From an uncultured Clostridia bacterium (lineage in GTDB: Bacteria; Bacillota; Clostridia; TANB77; CAG-508): 64,000 nt of DNA. Shown here in pieces: positions 19,910-28,980 of this stretch; the stretch's first letter is position 1; each line of letters opens with the position of its first letter. The stretch spans positions 5,797 to 69,796 of the forward strand of contig CAKPOA010000005.1 of the NCBI GenBank assembly GCA_934169575.1, read 5' to 3'. Below the pieces are notes generated by a model. That model saw nothing but the letters and a program-made list of their open reading frames with translations, was not told the DNA's origin and did not search any database. A program made the position numbers and the translations under genes.

Positions 19910-19939
19910 ATTATAATACTTTTTTATTCACTTTGTCAA
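19910..19939 (-). promoter_or_regulatory. Candidate sigma-A promoter of the T-box/aspS operon
   Basis: The minus strand reads TTGACA-N18-TATAAT about 20 nt upstream of the stem I base. Confidence 0.45.
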
Positions 19940-19949
19940 GGAATTTTCT

Positions 19950-21272
19950 TTATTTTGTTGGAATTTTAATAACAACTTCTGTTCCCTGATCAACTTTACT
20001 TTTAATATCTATACTTCCACCATTTTTGTCCAAAATTTCCTTTGCAATAGAAAGTCCCAGACCAGTTCCTCCCATTTCTCTTGTTCTTGCTTTATCCACC
20101 CTATAAAATCTTTCAAAAATCCTATTTAAATCTTGTTCTGGAATACCAATACCATTATCAATAATCTTAATATAAGCATCACTATAAACAAAACCAACAT
20201 AAATTTTTATATTTCCTCCATCTGGTGTATATTTTATACTATTAGTAAGTATATTTAATACAACACGTTGTATATCATCTTTATCAGCAAAAACAGGTGG
20301 AACATCAGCAGTCACAAAACATTCAACATTATGTTTTTTCTTTTTAATTTCAATAGCTAATTTTTGTTGGCATTCTTTAGCTAAAACCCCCAAATCAAAA
20401 CTACTTTTTACAACTTTCTTTTTATTACTATCAATTCTTGAAAGTTCTAATAAATCTGTAACAAGTCTTGCCATTCTTCTAGCTTCAGATGAAATAACTT
20501 GCAAAAATTCTTTTTGAGTATTTTTATCATATTCTCCTTCTAGTAATGTATCTGCATAACCCATTATTGATGTAATTGGAGTTTTAAGTTCATGAGATAC
20601 ATCTGCTACAAACTCTTTTCTCATACTATCTAAACTTACTTGTTCAGTAATATCTTGAATAACAGCTATAATTCCTTCAGGTTTATTATTTTCTTCATTT
20701 CTAAAAGGTGCAAAAATTACTTTTACAGATCTATCTTCAACATTAATATTTTGTTCCATAGATGTAAGTTCACCCAAATATATTAATTTTTCCATATTCA
20801 AATTATATTTATTAAAAACATCTTCAAAACTATCATCTTCAGGTGCAATTTTAAGAAGCATTTTTGCTGCAGGATTTATAAGGTCTATTTTCCCATTTAT
20901 ATCAAAAGCAATAATTCCCTCTGTCATATGTAATAATCTTGTTTTTATTTCTGTTTCTTCTGCACGTCCTTTTTTTTCATTGCTTTCTATCATTTTTTTC
21001 AAAGGATAAATCACCATTTTTGATAAATAAATAGCTAAAATTGCGGTTATTCCACCTAAAATTGCAATACCTGATATCATAGTTATATTTATATTTTTAT
21101 GTATTTGTTTATAGCTTTCTTTTATTTGTGATAACTCTGTTATTTCTCCATTATCAATTTGTTTTTCAATTCCATTAATTTTGTTTTCAAAACTAAAACC
21201 AACTAAAGTAATTATTGCAAGTTCAATTATAAATATTAATAAAATAAATTTTAATGGTTTTTCTTTTTTCAT
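19950..21272 (-). CDS. Sensor histidine kinase (TM-HAMP/PAS-HisKA-HATPase), orphan
   Basis: Two TM segments, the H-box FVADVSHELKTPITSIMGYADTL, the N box NILTNSIKYTP, and G boxes IDNGIGIP and GGTGLGLSIA. No response regulator is adjacent. Confidence 0.85.
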   Translation of the reverse strand: MKKEKPLKFILLIFIIELAIITLVGFSFENKINGIEKQIDNGEITELSQIKESYKQIHKNINITMISGIAILGGITAILAIYLSKMVIYPLKKMIESNEKKGRAEETEIKTRLLHMTEGIIAFDINGKIDLINPAAKMLLKIAPEDDSFEDVFNKYNLNMEKLIYLGELTSMEQNINVEDRSVKVIFAPFRNEENNKPEGIIAVIQDITEQVSLDSMRKEFVADVSHELKTPITSIMGYADTLLEGEYDKNTQKEFLQVISSEARRMARLVTDLLELSRIDSNKKKVVKSSFDLGVLAKECQQKLAIEIKKKKHNVECFVTADVPPVFADKDDIQRVVLNILTNSIKYTPDGGNIKIYVGFVYSDAYIKIIDNGIGIPEQDLNRIFERFYRVDKARTREMGGTGLGLSIAKEILDKNGGSIDIKSKVDQGTEVVIKIPTK

Positions 21273-21291
21273 AATTTATTGTATTCCTTCC

Positions 21292-22404
21292 TCAAACCAA
21301 TTTTTTTATTTGCTCATAAATTTTATCTTCAGCATCTATTGTTGCAACTTTAAGAGCATTTTTTCCCATTTTTTTGCAAACATTTTCATCTGATATAATA
21401 TTATTTATTGTATCATTTAATAAAATTCCATTTACTTCATCATTTCTTATAATAATACCTGCACCCACATTTTCTAAAACTTTTGCATTATACATTTGAT
21501 GATCATTACTAACATTTGGTAATGGGATTAGGATTGATGGTTTGCCAATATTTGATATTTCAGCAATAGTCATTGCACCACTTCTAGCAACAATAACATC
21601 TGAAATATTTTCTATTTCTTCCATATTATAAATATATGGAAGAATCTTAGCATTGTGAACATTTTCAATATTAATGCTAAATTGTTTTAATTCTTTTTTT
21701 ATTATTTCATATTGTTTTGGACCTGTTGCCCAAACTATTTGATAATTATTATTTAATCCATTTCCTAAAATACTAATAATAGCTTCATTTATTTTTTGTG
21801 CGCCTTGACTTCCTCCAAAAATTAAAACAATAGGTTTAGAAATACTCAAATTTAATTTATCTATTATTTCATTTTTTTGATTTAAAGAATATTCTTTTTT
21901 TCTTATTTTAACTGGTGTTCCTGTATAAACAACATTTTTACAATTTTTTATTCTTTTTTCAGCATCTTCAAAAGAAACAAGTACTGTATCAGCTTTTTTT
22001 GCAAGCATTTGAACAGCTTTTCCTGGATAGCTATTGCTTTCATGCAAAAGAACAGGAATATGATTTTTCTTAGCAGCCAAAACAACTGCACCACATATAT
22101 ATCCTCCCATTCCAATTACAATATCAGGTTTAAATTCCCTAACTATTTTTTTAGCCTCATTAATTCCTTTAATAGTTTTAATCATCTTTTTTAGATTGGC
22201 TAAAGAAATTTCTTTACTTAAACCATAAGCATCTATTGTCTTCAAACCATATCCAGCTTTTGGAACTAAATCATTTTCTAGTCCTCTATCTGTCCCAACA
22301 AATATTATTTCAGAATTGGGTTCTTCTTTTTTTATTTTGTTTGCTATCGCTATTCCTGGATTTATATGACCACCTGTTCCTGCTGCAGCAATTATTACTC
22401 TCAT
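21292..22404 (-). CDS. murG: UDP-GlcNAc:lipid I GlcNAc transferase MurG
   Basis: MRVIIAAAGTGGHINPGIAIA...GGSQGA matches the MurG family, in dcw context. Confidence 0.9.
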   Translation of the reverse strand: MRVIIAAAGTGGHINPGIAIANKIKKEEPNSEIIFVGTDRGLENDLVPKAGYGLKTIDAYGLSKEISLANLKKMIKTIKGINEAKKIVREFKPDIVIGMGGYICGAVVLAAKKNHIPVLLHESNSYPGKAVQMLAKKADTVLVSFEDAEKRIKNCKNVVYTGTPVKIRKKEYSLNQKNEIIDKLNLSISKPIVLIFGGSQGAQKINEAIISILGNGLNNNYQIVWATGPKQYEIIKKELKQFSINIENVHNAKILPYIYNMEEIENISDVIVARSGAMTIAEISNIGKPSILIPLPNVSNDHQMYNAKVLENVGAGIIIRNDEVNGILLNDTINNIISDENVCKKMGKNALKVATIDAEDKIYEQIKKLV

Positions 22405-22450
22405 TATATTTCACATTCCTTCCTTGAAACAATTTTCATACAAGTTTGTT

Positions 22451-23578
22451 TTATATTTTATTAACATTTCTCGATATATTCAGCAATATTCCCATCTCAC
22501 ACAGTAAAATCAATAATGCAGTTCCACCATAACTAAAAAATGGTAATGGCATTCCAGTTGCAGGCATTGATGATGTAACAACTGCAATGTTTATTATTGA
22601 TTGTATAGCAATTAATGATGTTATTCCTATTGCAAGTAAACTTCCAAACATATCTGGGGCTTTTATCGCAATTAAAATACCTCTCCAAATTAAAATTGCA
22701 AACAATATTATTACAAATAGGCAACCAATAAATCCTAATTCTTCTGCTAAAACAGAAAATATAAAGTCATTTTGTGGTTCTGGTAAATATAAATATTTTT
22801 GTTTACTTTGCCCAAGTCCAGTACCAAATAATCCTCCAGAACCTATGGCATATAAACTTTGTACAACCTGCCATCCATCACCTAATTTATCACTCCATGG
22901 ATCTAAAAATGCTGTAACCCTTTTTAATCTATATGCTTCTTTTACAACTATAAATATTAATGCTGGAACTCCAGCTATAACTCCTGGCACAATGATATGC
23001 CATAATTTGCAACCTGCTAATATCATCATTACTAGTACAATTCCAGTAATTACCATAGTTGCACTAAAATGTGGCTCTACCATTAACAAAGCAGCTATTG
23101 GTATTAAAAAAGCAAAATTTTTCACAAAACCTTTAAAGAATTTTCCTAAATCATCCTTATTTTTAGTAAGTACAGCCGCATAAAATATTATCATAAAAAT
23201 CTTGACCATTTCAGATGGCTGAAATGAAAAACTTTCTGTTATTCCAAGCCATCTTTTAGCTCCATTTACTTCTTTTCCTATAAGCATAACAAGTACTAAT
23301 AATATAATAGATGCAATATATCCTAATATATAAAATTTCCTATAAATTCTATAATTTATTTTTGATATTACAAACATACAAAATAATCCAACTATCGCAA
23401 AAGCTCCTTGTTTTGCAAAATATGTATAGCTATTCCCACTTTCAGAAAGTGCAGTTGGTGAACTTGCAGAAAGAACCATTATTAATCCAAGTGATAGTAA
23501 CAATAATATTGTAATTAATAAAGTATAATCTATTGAATTATCTGAAAAGTTTAAAATATTATTTTTCTTTTTTCTCAC
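22451..23578 (-). CDS. ftsW: SEDS peptidoglycan polymerase FtsW/SpoVE
   Basis: 375 aa, 10 TM segments, QPSEMVKI and PATGMPLPFFSYGGT SEDS motifs, located between mraY and murG. Confidence 0.85.
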   Translation of the reverse strand: MRKKKNNILNFSDNSIDYTLLITILLLLSLGLIMVLSASSPTALSESGNSYTYFAKQGAFAIVGLFCMFVISKINYRIYRKFYILGYIASIILLVLVMLIGKEVNGAKRWLGITESFSFQPSEMVKIFMIIFYAAVLTKNKDDLGKFFKGFVKNFAFLIPIAALLMVEPHFSATMVITGIVLVMMILAGCKLWHIIVPGVIAGVPALIFIVVKEAYRLKRVTAFLDPWSDKLGDGWQVVQSLYAIGSGGLFGTGLGQSKQKYLYLPEPQNDFIFSVLAEELGFIGCLFVIILFAILIWRGILIAIKAPDMFGSLLAIGITSLIAIQSIINIAVVTSSMPATGMPLPFFSYGGTALLILLCEMGILLNISRNVNKI

Positions 23579-23598
23579 AATAATCTCCTTTCATTTTC

Positions 23599-24579
23599 TT
23601 ATACAGCTAAAATTCCAACTACGCAAACTAAAAGTGTAATTACAGAAAATACTCTAACCACTTTATTTTCGCTCCATCCTGAAAGCTCAAAATGATGATG
23701 AAGCGGTGCCATTTTAAAAATCCTATTTCCTGTTTTCTTAAAATACATTACTTGTATAATTACAGATAATGTTTCAAGTATTGGTATAATAGCAATTATT
23801 ATTAATATTAGTGGCATTTTTAAATATAATGCTATACTTGATATCACTCCTCCTAAAAATAATGATCCAGTATCTCCCATAAAAACTTTTGCAGGATGCA
23901 AATTAAACATCAAAAACCCTAATATGGCTCCTACTGTTATGCTTCCAAACATAACAACTTCTGTTTTGCCAAAAATCATTGCTATTACAGTTAAACATGT
24001 TATTATAATTGCACACACACTTGATGAAAGTCCATCTATTCCATCTGTTAAATTAACCGCATTTGTTGTTGCTAAAATAACAATTATGGCAAATGGTATA
24101 TATAAAAATATTGGTAAATCTACATACATTTTTAAAAATGGTATATATGTTTCTGTGCCTATTTTGCAAAACTTTATTATAAATAATGTATATGCAACAG
24201 ATATTAAAAGTAAACCTAACATTTTATAACTTGGCTTTAAACCTTTTGTATTTTGTAAAACTAATTTTTTAAAATCATCTATAAATCCTATTGCTCCAAA
24301 CCCTATTGTTAAACACAACATTGGTAATATATTTTGTGCTAATTCAAGATGATTTGTCATATATAAATATATATAACAACCTGTAACACATATGATTATA
24401 GAAATCATAAATATTATTCCACCCATTGTAGGTGTTCCTTGTTTTTTTAAATGTGATTGTGGTCCATCTTCTCTTTCAATTTGCCCAACTTTTATTTTTT
24501 TTAAAATTGGTATAACTATAAGTGATATAATTATAGTTACAACAAAAGAGATTATTAACATTGTCATTTGAAGTTTCAA
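23599..24579 (-). CDS. mraY: Phospho-N-acetylmuramoyl-pentapeptide transferase
   Basis: NAVNLTDGIDGL, VFMGDTGSLFLGG and APLHHHFE motifs. Confidence 0.95.
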   Translation of the reverse strand: MKLQMTMLIISFVVTIIISLIVIPILKKIKVGQIEREDGPQSHLKKQGTPTMGGIIFMISIIICVTGCYIYLYMTNHLELAQNILPMLCLTIGFGAIGFIDDFKKLVLQNTKGLKPSYKMLGLLLISVAYTLFIIKFCKIGTETYIPFLKMYVDLPIFLYIPFAIIVILATTNAVNLTDGIDGLSSSVCAIIITCLTVIAMIFGKTEVVMFGSITVGAILGFLMFNLHPAKVFMGDTGSLFLGGVISSIALYLKMPLILIIIAIIPILETLSVIIQVMYFKKTGNRIFKMAPLHHHFELSGWSENKVVRVFSVITLLVCVVGILAV

Positions 24580-24585
24580 TTTTAT

Positions 24586-26067
24586 CTAACCTTTCTTGTT
24601 TAATTTTTCTATTATTTCTTTTACAATAATTCGTTCATCAAATGGGTATTTTTTTCTATTTATTTCTTGATATGGCTCATGACCTTTTCCAGCTAAAACA
24701 ATTATATCACTCTTAGATGCCATTTTTATTGCATATTTAATTGCTTCTGTTCTGTCAACAATTACTTTATATTTTCCTTTTGTTTTCTTAATTCCTTCTT
24801 CTATTTGATCAACTATTTTTTGAGGATCCTCTGTTCTTGGATTATCTGAAGTTATTATTGAAAAATCTGCTATTCTTCCTGATATTTCACCCATTATTGG
24901 ACGTTTTCTTGTATCTCTATCTCCTCCACATCCAAATACAGAAATAACTCTACCTTTTGTATAACTTTTTACTGCTCTTAATATATTTTCAAGGCTTTCT
25001 GGAGAATGTGCATAATCAATCATAATTGGTATTTCAAGTTTATTTTCAACCATTTCAGATCTACCTGGCACTTTTACATTTAATAAAGCTTGTTTAATAG
25101 TTTCTGCATCAACTCCAAGTTTTTGACAAACACATATTGTTGCCAAACTATTATATACAGTAAATCGTCCTGGTATATCAACTTTTACTCTTTCATTTTT
25201 TTCTCCAAGTTTTGCTTTAAAATCAACATAAGCATTTGTAACAGTAATATCTTTTGCCAAAAAATCTCCAGAATTATCAATTCCATATCTTGTTATATTG
25301 TTTTCAGGAAATAAACCAGGAATTTTTGCCCCATATAAATCATCTATATTTACAAAACCTGTTTTGCACATCTCAAACAATTTCAATTTTGATTCAAAAT
25401 AATCTTTCATATCTGGATGTTCTTTTGCACTTATATGATCTTCTGAAAAATTTGTAAACACAACCATATCAAAATCACATCCATCTACTCTATGCAATTT
25501 TAAACTTTGTGAAGATACTTCCATTACAACATATTCAACACCTTGCTCATACATTTCAGCAAATATTTTTTGTAATTCAATACTTTCAGGAGTTGTTCTA
25601 TCAGAATCTGCCTTTTTAATTCCATTTATATAAATTGCAATTGTTCCAATTAATCCAACTTTTTTTCCTGCTTTCTCTAAAACCTCTTTTATCATAAAAG
25701 TTGTTGTTGTTTTTCCTTTTGTTCCAGTTACGCCTATTAGTTTAAATTTCTTTGATGGATTTTTATAAAAATTACTTGCTGTAATTGCTAAAAATTCTCT
25801 TGTATCTTTTGCAAGAATTATAACAATATCTTGTGGTATATCTTTAATATTTACTTTTGCTCCTTGTTCTATTGCAATTGCCACAGCTCCATTTTCAATT
25901 GCTTTTTGTATATATTCATGACCATCTGTTTCAAAACCTTTTATAGCTACAAACAAATATCCTTTTTTTATATTTCTTGAATCCCTTTCTACTCCTTTTA
26001 TCTCTATCTCAAGATCTCCTTTTGCTTTTAATCCCTCTAATCCTACTAACATATTTTTTAGTTTCAT
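24586..26067 (-). CDS. murE: UDP-MurNAc-L-Ala-D-Glu:meso-DAP ligase
   Basis: GVTGTKGKTTT P-loop, plus a DNPR motif (SDNPRTEDP) indicating DAP specificity. Confidence 0.9.
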   Translation of the reverse strand: MKLKNMLVGLEGLKAKGDLEIEIKGVERDSRNIKKGYLFVAIKGFETDGHEYIQKAIENGAVAIAIEQGAKVNIKDIPQDIVIILAKDTREFLAITASNFYKNPSKKFKLIGVTGTKGKTTTTFMIKEVLEKAGKKVGLIGTIAIYINGIKKADSDRTTPESIELQKIFAEMYEQGVEYVVMEVSSQSLKLHRVDGCDFDMVVFTNFSEDHISAKEHPDMKDYFESKLKLFEMCKTGFVNIDDLYGAKIPGLFPENNITRYGIDNSGDFLAKDITVTNAYVDFKAKLGEKNERVKVDIPGRFTVYNSLATICVCQKLGVDAETIKQALLNVKVPGRSEMVENKLEIPIMIDYAHSPESLENILRAVKSYTKGRVISVFGCGGDRDTRKRPIMGEISGRIADFSIITSDNPRTEDPQKIVDQIEEGIKKTKGKYKVIVDRTEAIKYAIKMASKSDIIVLAGKGHEPYQEINRKKYPFDERIIVKEIIEKLNKKG

Positions 26068-26193
26068 AAAATCAACCCTTTCTTTATTTTGATAGCTATA
26101 TTTTTATTTTATTCTCTAACATTAATATATTATCACACTGTGGAAATATTAACAAGTATTTTTCTGATTTTTATGAAAAAAAATTACTGGATA

Positions 26194-26404
26194 GTTACTA
26201 GCCAGCCTTTTTAAATTTATTTCCTGAATATGTGTATGAAACTATTTTTGAAATACTGCGTAAGCGACCAAACGAACGGAGTGAGTGCGATTGGAGCAAT
26301 TTTCATTTATTTATTTTTAATTATGGAAATTGCGACTGCAAAGTATGAAAAAATAATTTCATACACATATTCAGGAAATAAATCTCTTTGTAGCTGACCA
26401 GTAA
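26194..26404 (+). mobile_element. Foldback element copy 2 of 4 (core 26253-26346), MITE-like with flanking 9-bp direct repeat
   Basis: Same core as copy 1. The terminal inverted repeat is TTACTAGCCAGC / GCTGACCAGTAA. TACTGGATA occurs immediately outside both ends (26185-26193 and 26405-26413). Confidence 0.75.
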
Positions 26405-26451
26405 TACTGGATAATGGTTTATTTAAAATTAATTCAAAACATTATTCAGTA

Positions 26452-26484
26452 ACAAAAAATAAAGAGTTCAATTAAGAACCCTTT
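26452..26484 (-). terminator. Candidate terminator of the 265-aa orphan gene
   Basis: The minus strand reads AAAGGGTTC-TTAATT-GAACTCTTT followed by ATTTTTTGTT. Confidence 0.5.
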
Positions 26485-26497
26485 ATAAAATAAATGT

Positions 26498-27295
26498 TTA
26501 TATATCCATTACAATTTTTCCAACTGATAACTCCCTCGGTTTATCAACATTAGAAAAATTATCTATATATGCTAATGGATAAGTTTTAGAATTATTTGTA
26601 TATGCACCTCCATATTCAAAAAAACTTTCTGTATTTGGATTATATGCTATCTTTGACGTATTTGCTAAATCAAAAAAAGTTCCAATTTTTCTTTTTCCGG
26701 TTTTTTCAAAATCACTCTTTGCTTTTTCGGCATTATAATAATGCCCTAATCTTTTGCTATTGCAACAGACAGCATACCAAGCTTGTTCAATTTTATATCC
26801 CTTATTCTCATAAAGATATTTAATTATATTTCCTAAAAAAACATCCATCTCAATAGTAGAAATAAGTCTGCTATTTTTTTTATAGCAAAATTTACTAGCT
26901 TGTGTTCTCCACCAAAAATAAGATTTACCAACAGCCGGTTTATGACCTTCCTCAAAAATTATTTTCTCTTTATCGTTATCTAAAGATGGATCAATTGCAG
27001 AAATTCTAAAATTTTTCATTTTTTCCTTTTTGGCTTTAAAAATGCTTTCTTTTATTCTTTTTCCATTTGAGTCTTGAGGGATAAAACTTAAAAATTCATC
27101 ATCTTCAGAAATCCCCTCTATATCAACTATTGGGAATTTTTCATTCAAATTATCTTCCGGTAATGATAAAACTTTTCCTTGATCTCCATCTACTTCAGTA
27201 AAATACACCAAGCTTTTTCCATCATCTGAAATTTTTACCCGTGTAATTTTCTGACCTTTTTCTGCTTTTACTACAAACCTTTTTTCTTTCTTCAT
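26498..27295 (-). CDS. Hypothetical cytoplasmic protein, 265 aa, no family recognised
   Basis: Clean ORF with its own consensus-like promoter and terminator. It has no signal peptide or TM segment, and I cannot place motifs such as GKSYFWWRTQ or AVCCNSKRLGHYYN. Confidence 0.6.
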   Translation of the reverse strand: MKKEKRFVVKAEKGQKITRVKISDDGKSLVYFTEVDGDQGKVLSLPEDNLNEKFPIVDIEGISEDDEFLSFIPQDSNGKRIKESIFKAKKEKMKNFRISAIDPSLDNDKEKIIFEEGHKPAVGKSYFWWRTQASKFCYKKNSRLISTIEMDVFLGNIIKYLYENKGYKIEQAWYAVCCNSKRLGHYYNAEKAKSDFEKTGKRKIGTFFDLANTSKIAYNPNTESFFEYGGAYTNNSKTYPLAYIDNFSNVDKPRELSVGKIVMDI

Positions 27296-27348
27296 TATTT
27301 TTTCTCCTTGTTAACATTTATTTTTAAGCATGTATTAACATAATATAT

Positions 27349-27377
27349 ATTGTATCACTTTTTTTCTTAAATGTCAA
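27349..27377 (-). promoter_or_regulatory. Candidate strong sigma-A promoter of the orphan gene
   Basis: The minus strand reads TTGACA-N17-TACAAT about 55 nt upstream of the ATG. Confidence 0.5.
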
Positions 27378-27450
27378 AATTGAATTTTTATAGCTTTTAC
27401 ATGCATTTTGATATATAAATCTACATTTGGTATTAATAATGAATATGCAT

Positions 27451-28833
27451 TTAATTTTCCAATTTCATATAAATAAGTTTCATCACAGCTACGCATTCAA
27501 CATGGCTTGTCCAAGGAAACATATCTACTGGTTGAATAAATTCAATATTATAATCATCTTCAAAAAAAGCTAAATCCCTAATTAAAGTAGCAGGATTGCA
27601 ACTAATATATGATATCTTTTTAGGCTTAATTTTCAAAATATTTCCAATTGTTGTTTTATCTAACCCTTTCCTTGGTGGATCAACAATAATAACATCAGGT
27701 AAAATCTTTTTCTTTTCTATTAATTCTTCTAAAACAAATTCAGTATCGCCAACCAAAAATTCCACATTATCAATATTGTTTCTTTTAGCATTATCAATTG
27801 CATCATCAATAGCTTGCTCAACAATTTCCACTCCATAAACTTTTTTAGCAAATTTAGATGCAAAAATAGAAATTGTTCCAACACCACAATATAAATCAAA
27901 AACTACATCATTTTTTGTTATATTTGTATTCTCTAAAGCAATATTATATAATGCCTCAGCTTGAACAGGATTTATTTGATAAAATGAATTAGTTGATATT
28001 TTAAATACATATTCACCTAAAATATCTTCTATATATCCATTGCCATAAATATTTATATTGTTATTTCCTAAAACAACATTTGTTTTAGCTTTATTAACAT
28101 TTGCTACAACAGATTTTATATTTTGAAATCTATTTATTAATTCTTCAGATATTTTTTTTAATTTTGAAATATCTTCTCCATTTATCACAAATATAACTAA
28201 TATTTCACCAGTATGTACTCCTTTTTTTATAACTAAATTTCGTACTAATCCTTTATGTGTTTTTTCATTATAAACTGAAATATTATATTTTTTTAATTCA
28301 TTAATTATAGTATCAACAATTCTAAGTGATTCCTGATTTTGTATCATACAATTTTTCATTTCTATAATTTCGTGTGATCTATTCGCATATACACCAACAA
28401 TTGGCTCATTATTTTCATCTATTCCAATTGGGCACTGTAATTTATTTCTATAAAAAAACGGATTTCCCATTCCCCATGTCTTTTTTACATCTATTTTGTT
28501 CTTCAATGTTTTATTAACAAGATTTTGCACTGTATTTTGCTTTATATTTAATGTTTCTTCATAATCAATATGACGCAAATTACATCCTCCACATCTTTTG
28601 TATGTTTTACAATCTACATCTATTCTATGTTCAGATTTTTTTAATATTTCAATAATTTTTCCAAATCCATGTGAACTTAAAACTTTAACAATTAGTATTT
28701 TTACCTTTTCACCTTTTATTGCATTTGGTATAAATATTGTAAAATCATCTATTTTAGCAATACCTTCTCCTTCAAAACCATAATCTATTATATCAACAAC
28801 ATATTCTTTATTTTTCTCTATTGGTACAGTCAA
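27451..28833 (-). CDS. rlmD: 23S rRNA (uracil-5)-methyltransferase RlmD/RumA family
   Basis: N-terminal TRAM domain, Fe-S Cys cluster CKTYKRCGGCNLRH, SAM motif DLYCGVGT, C-terminal YISCNPAT. TTG start behind AAGGAG. Confidence 0.85.
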   Translation of the reverse strand: MTVPIEKNKEYVVDIIDYGFEGEGIAKIDDFTIFIPNAIKGEKVKILIVKVLSSHGFGKIIEILKKSEHRIDVDCKTYKRCGGCNLRHIDYEETLNIKQNTVQNLVNKTLKNKIDVKKTWGMGNPFFYRNKLQCPIGIDENNEPIVGVYANRSHEIIEMKNCMIQNQESLRIVDTIINELKKYNISVYNEKTHKGLVRNLVIKKGVHTGEILVIFVINGEDISKLKKISEELINRFQNIKSVVANVNKAKTNVVLGNNNINIYGNGYIEDILGEYVFKISTNSFYQINPVQAEALYNIALENTNITKNDVVFDLYCGVGTISIFASKFAKKVYGVEIVEQAIDDAIDNAKRNNIDNVEFLVGDTEFVLEELIEKKKILPDVIIVDPPRKGLDKTTIGNILKIKPKKISYISCNPATLIRDLAFFEDDYNIEFIQPVDMFPWTSHVECVAVMKLIYMKLEN

Positions 28834-28950
28834 AATATCACTCCTTAAAATAATTTAGTTTTTGATAAAATCTCTTTAGTCATCAAACATTATTATAATA
28901 CTACACTTATTAAATTAATTCAAGTAGTTTTATTAATTTTTAACAAATGT

Positions 28951-28975
28951 AAACCAGCCCTATTAGAGCTGGTTT
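28951..28975 (-). terminator. Candidate terminator after the GGDEF gene
   Basis: AAACCAGC-N9-GCTGGTTT hairpin 5 nt after the stop. The T-run is weak. Confidence 0.4.
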
Positions 28976-28980
28976 AGGTA

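Noticed and set aside
22587-23183. Long antisense ORFs inside real genes (for example 22587..23183 in ftsW, 35628..36161 in sigK, 8368..8778, 17477..17908, 4195..4575, 5447..5860, 10327..10716, 3367..3693)
   Set aside because: Each lies fully within a well-supported gene on the opposite strand. They have low-complexity, hydrophobic or Ser/Phe/Ile-rich translations and no RBS, which is typical of stop-poor antisense frames in AT-rich genomes.
26850-26900. PD-(D/E)xK-like pattern (D-x13-E-x-K) in the 265-aa orphan protein
   Set aside because: The pattern is too degenerate to support a nuclease call without structural or profile evidence. It is mentioned only as a lead.
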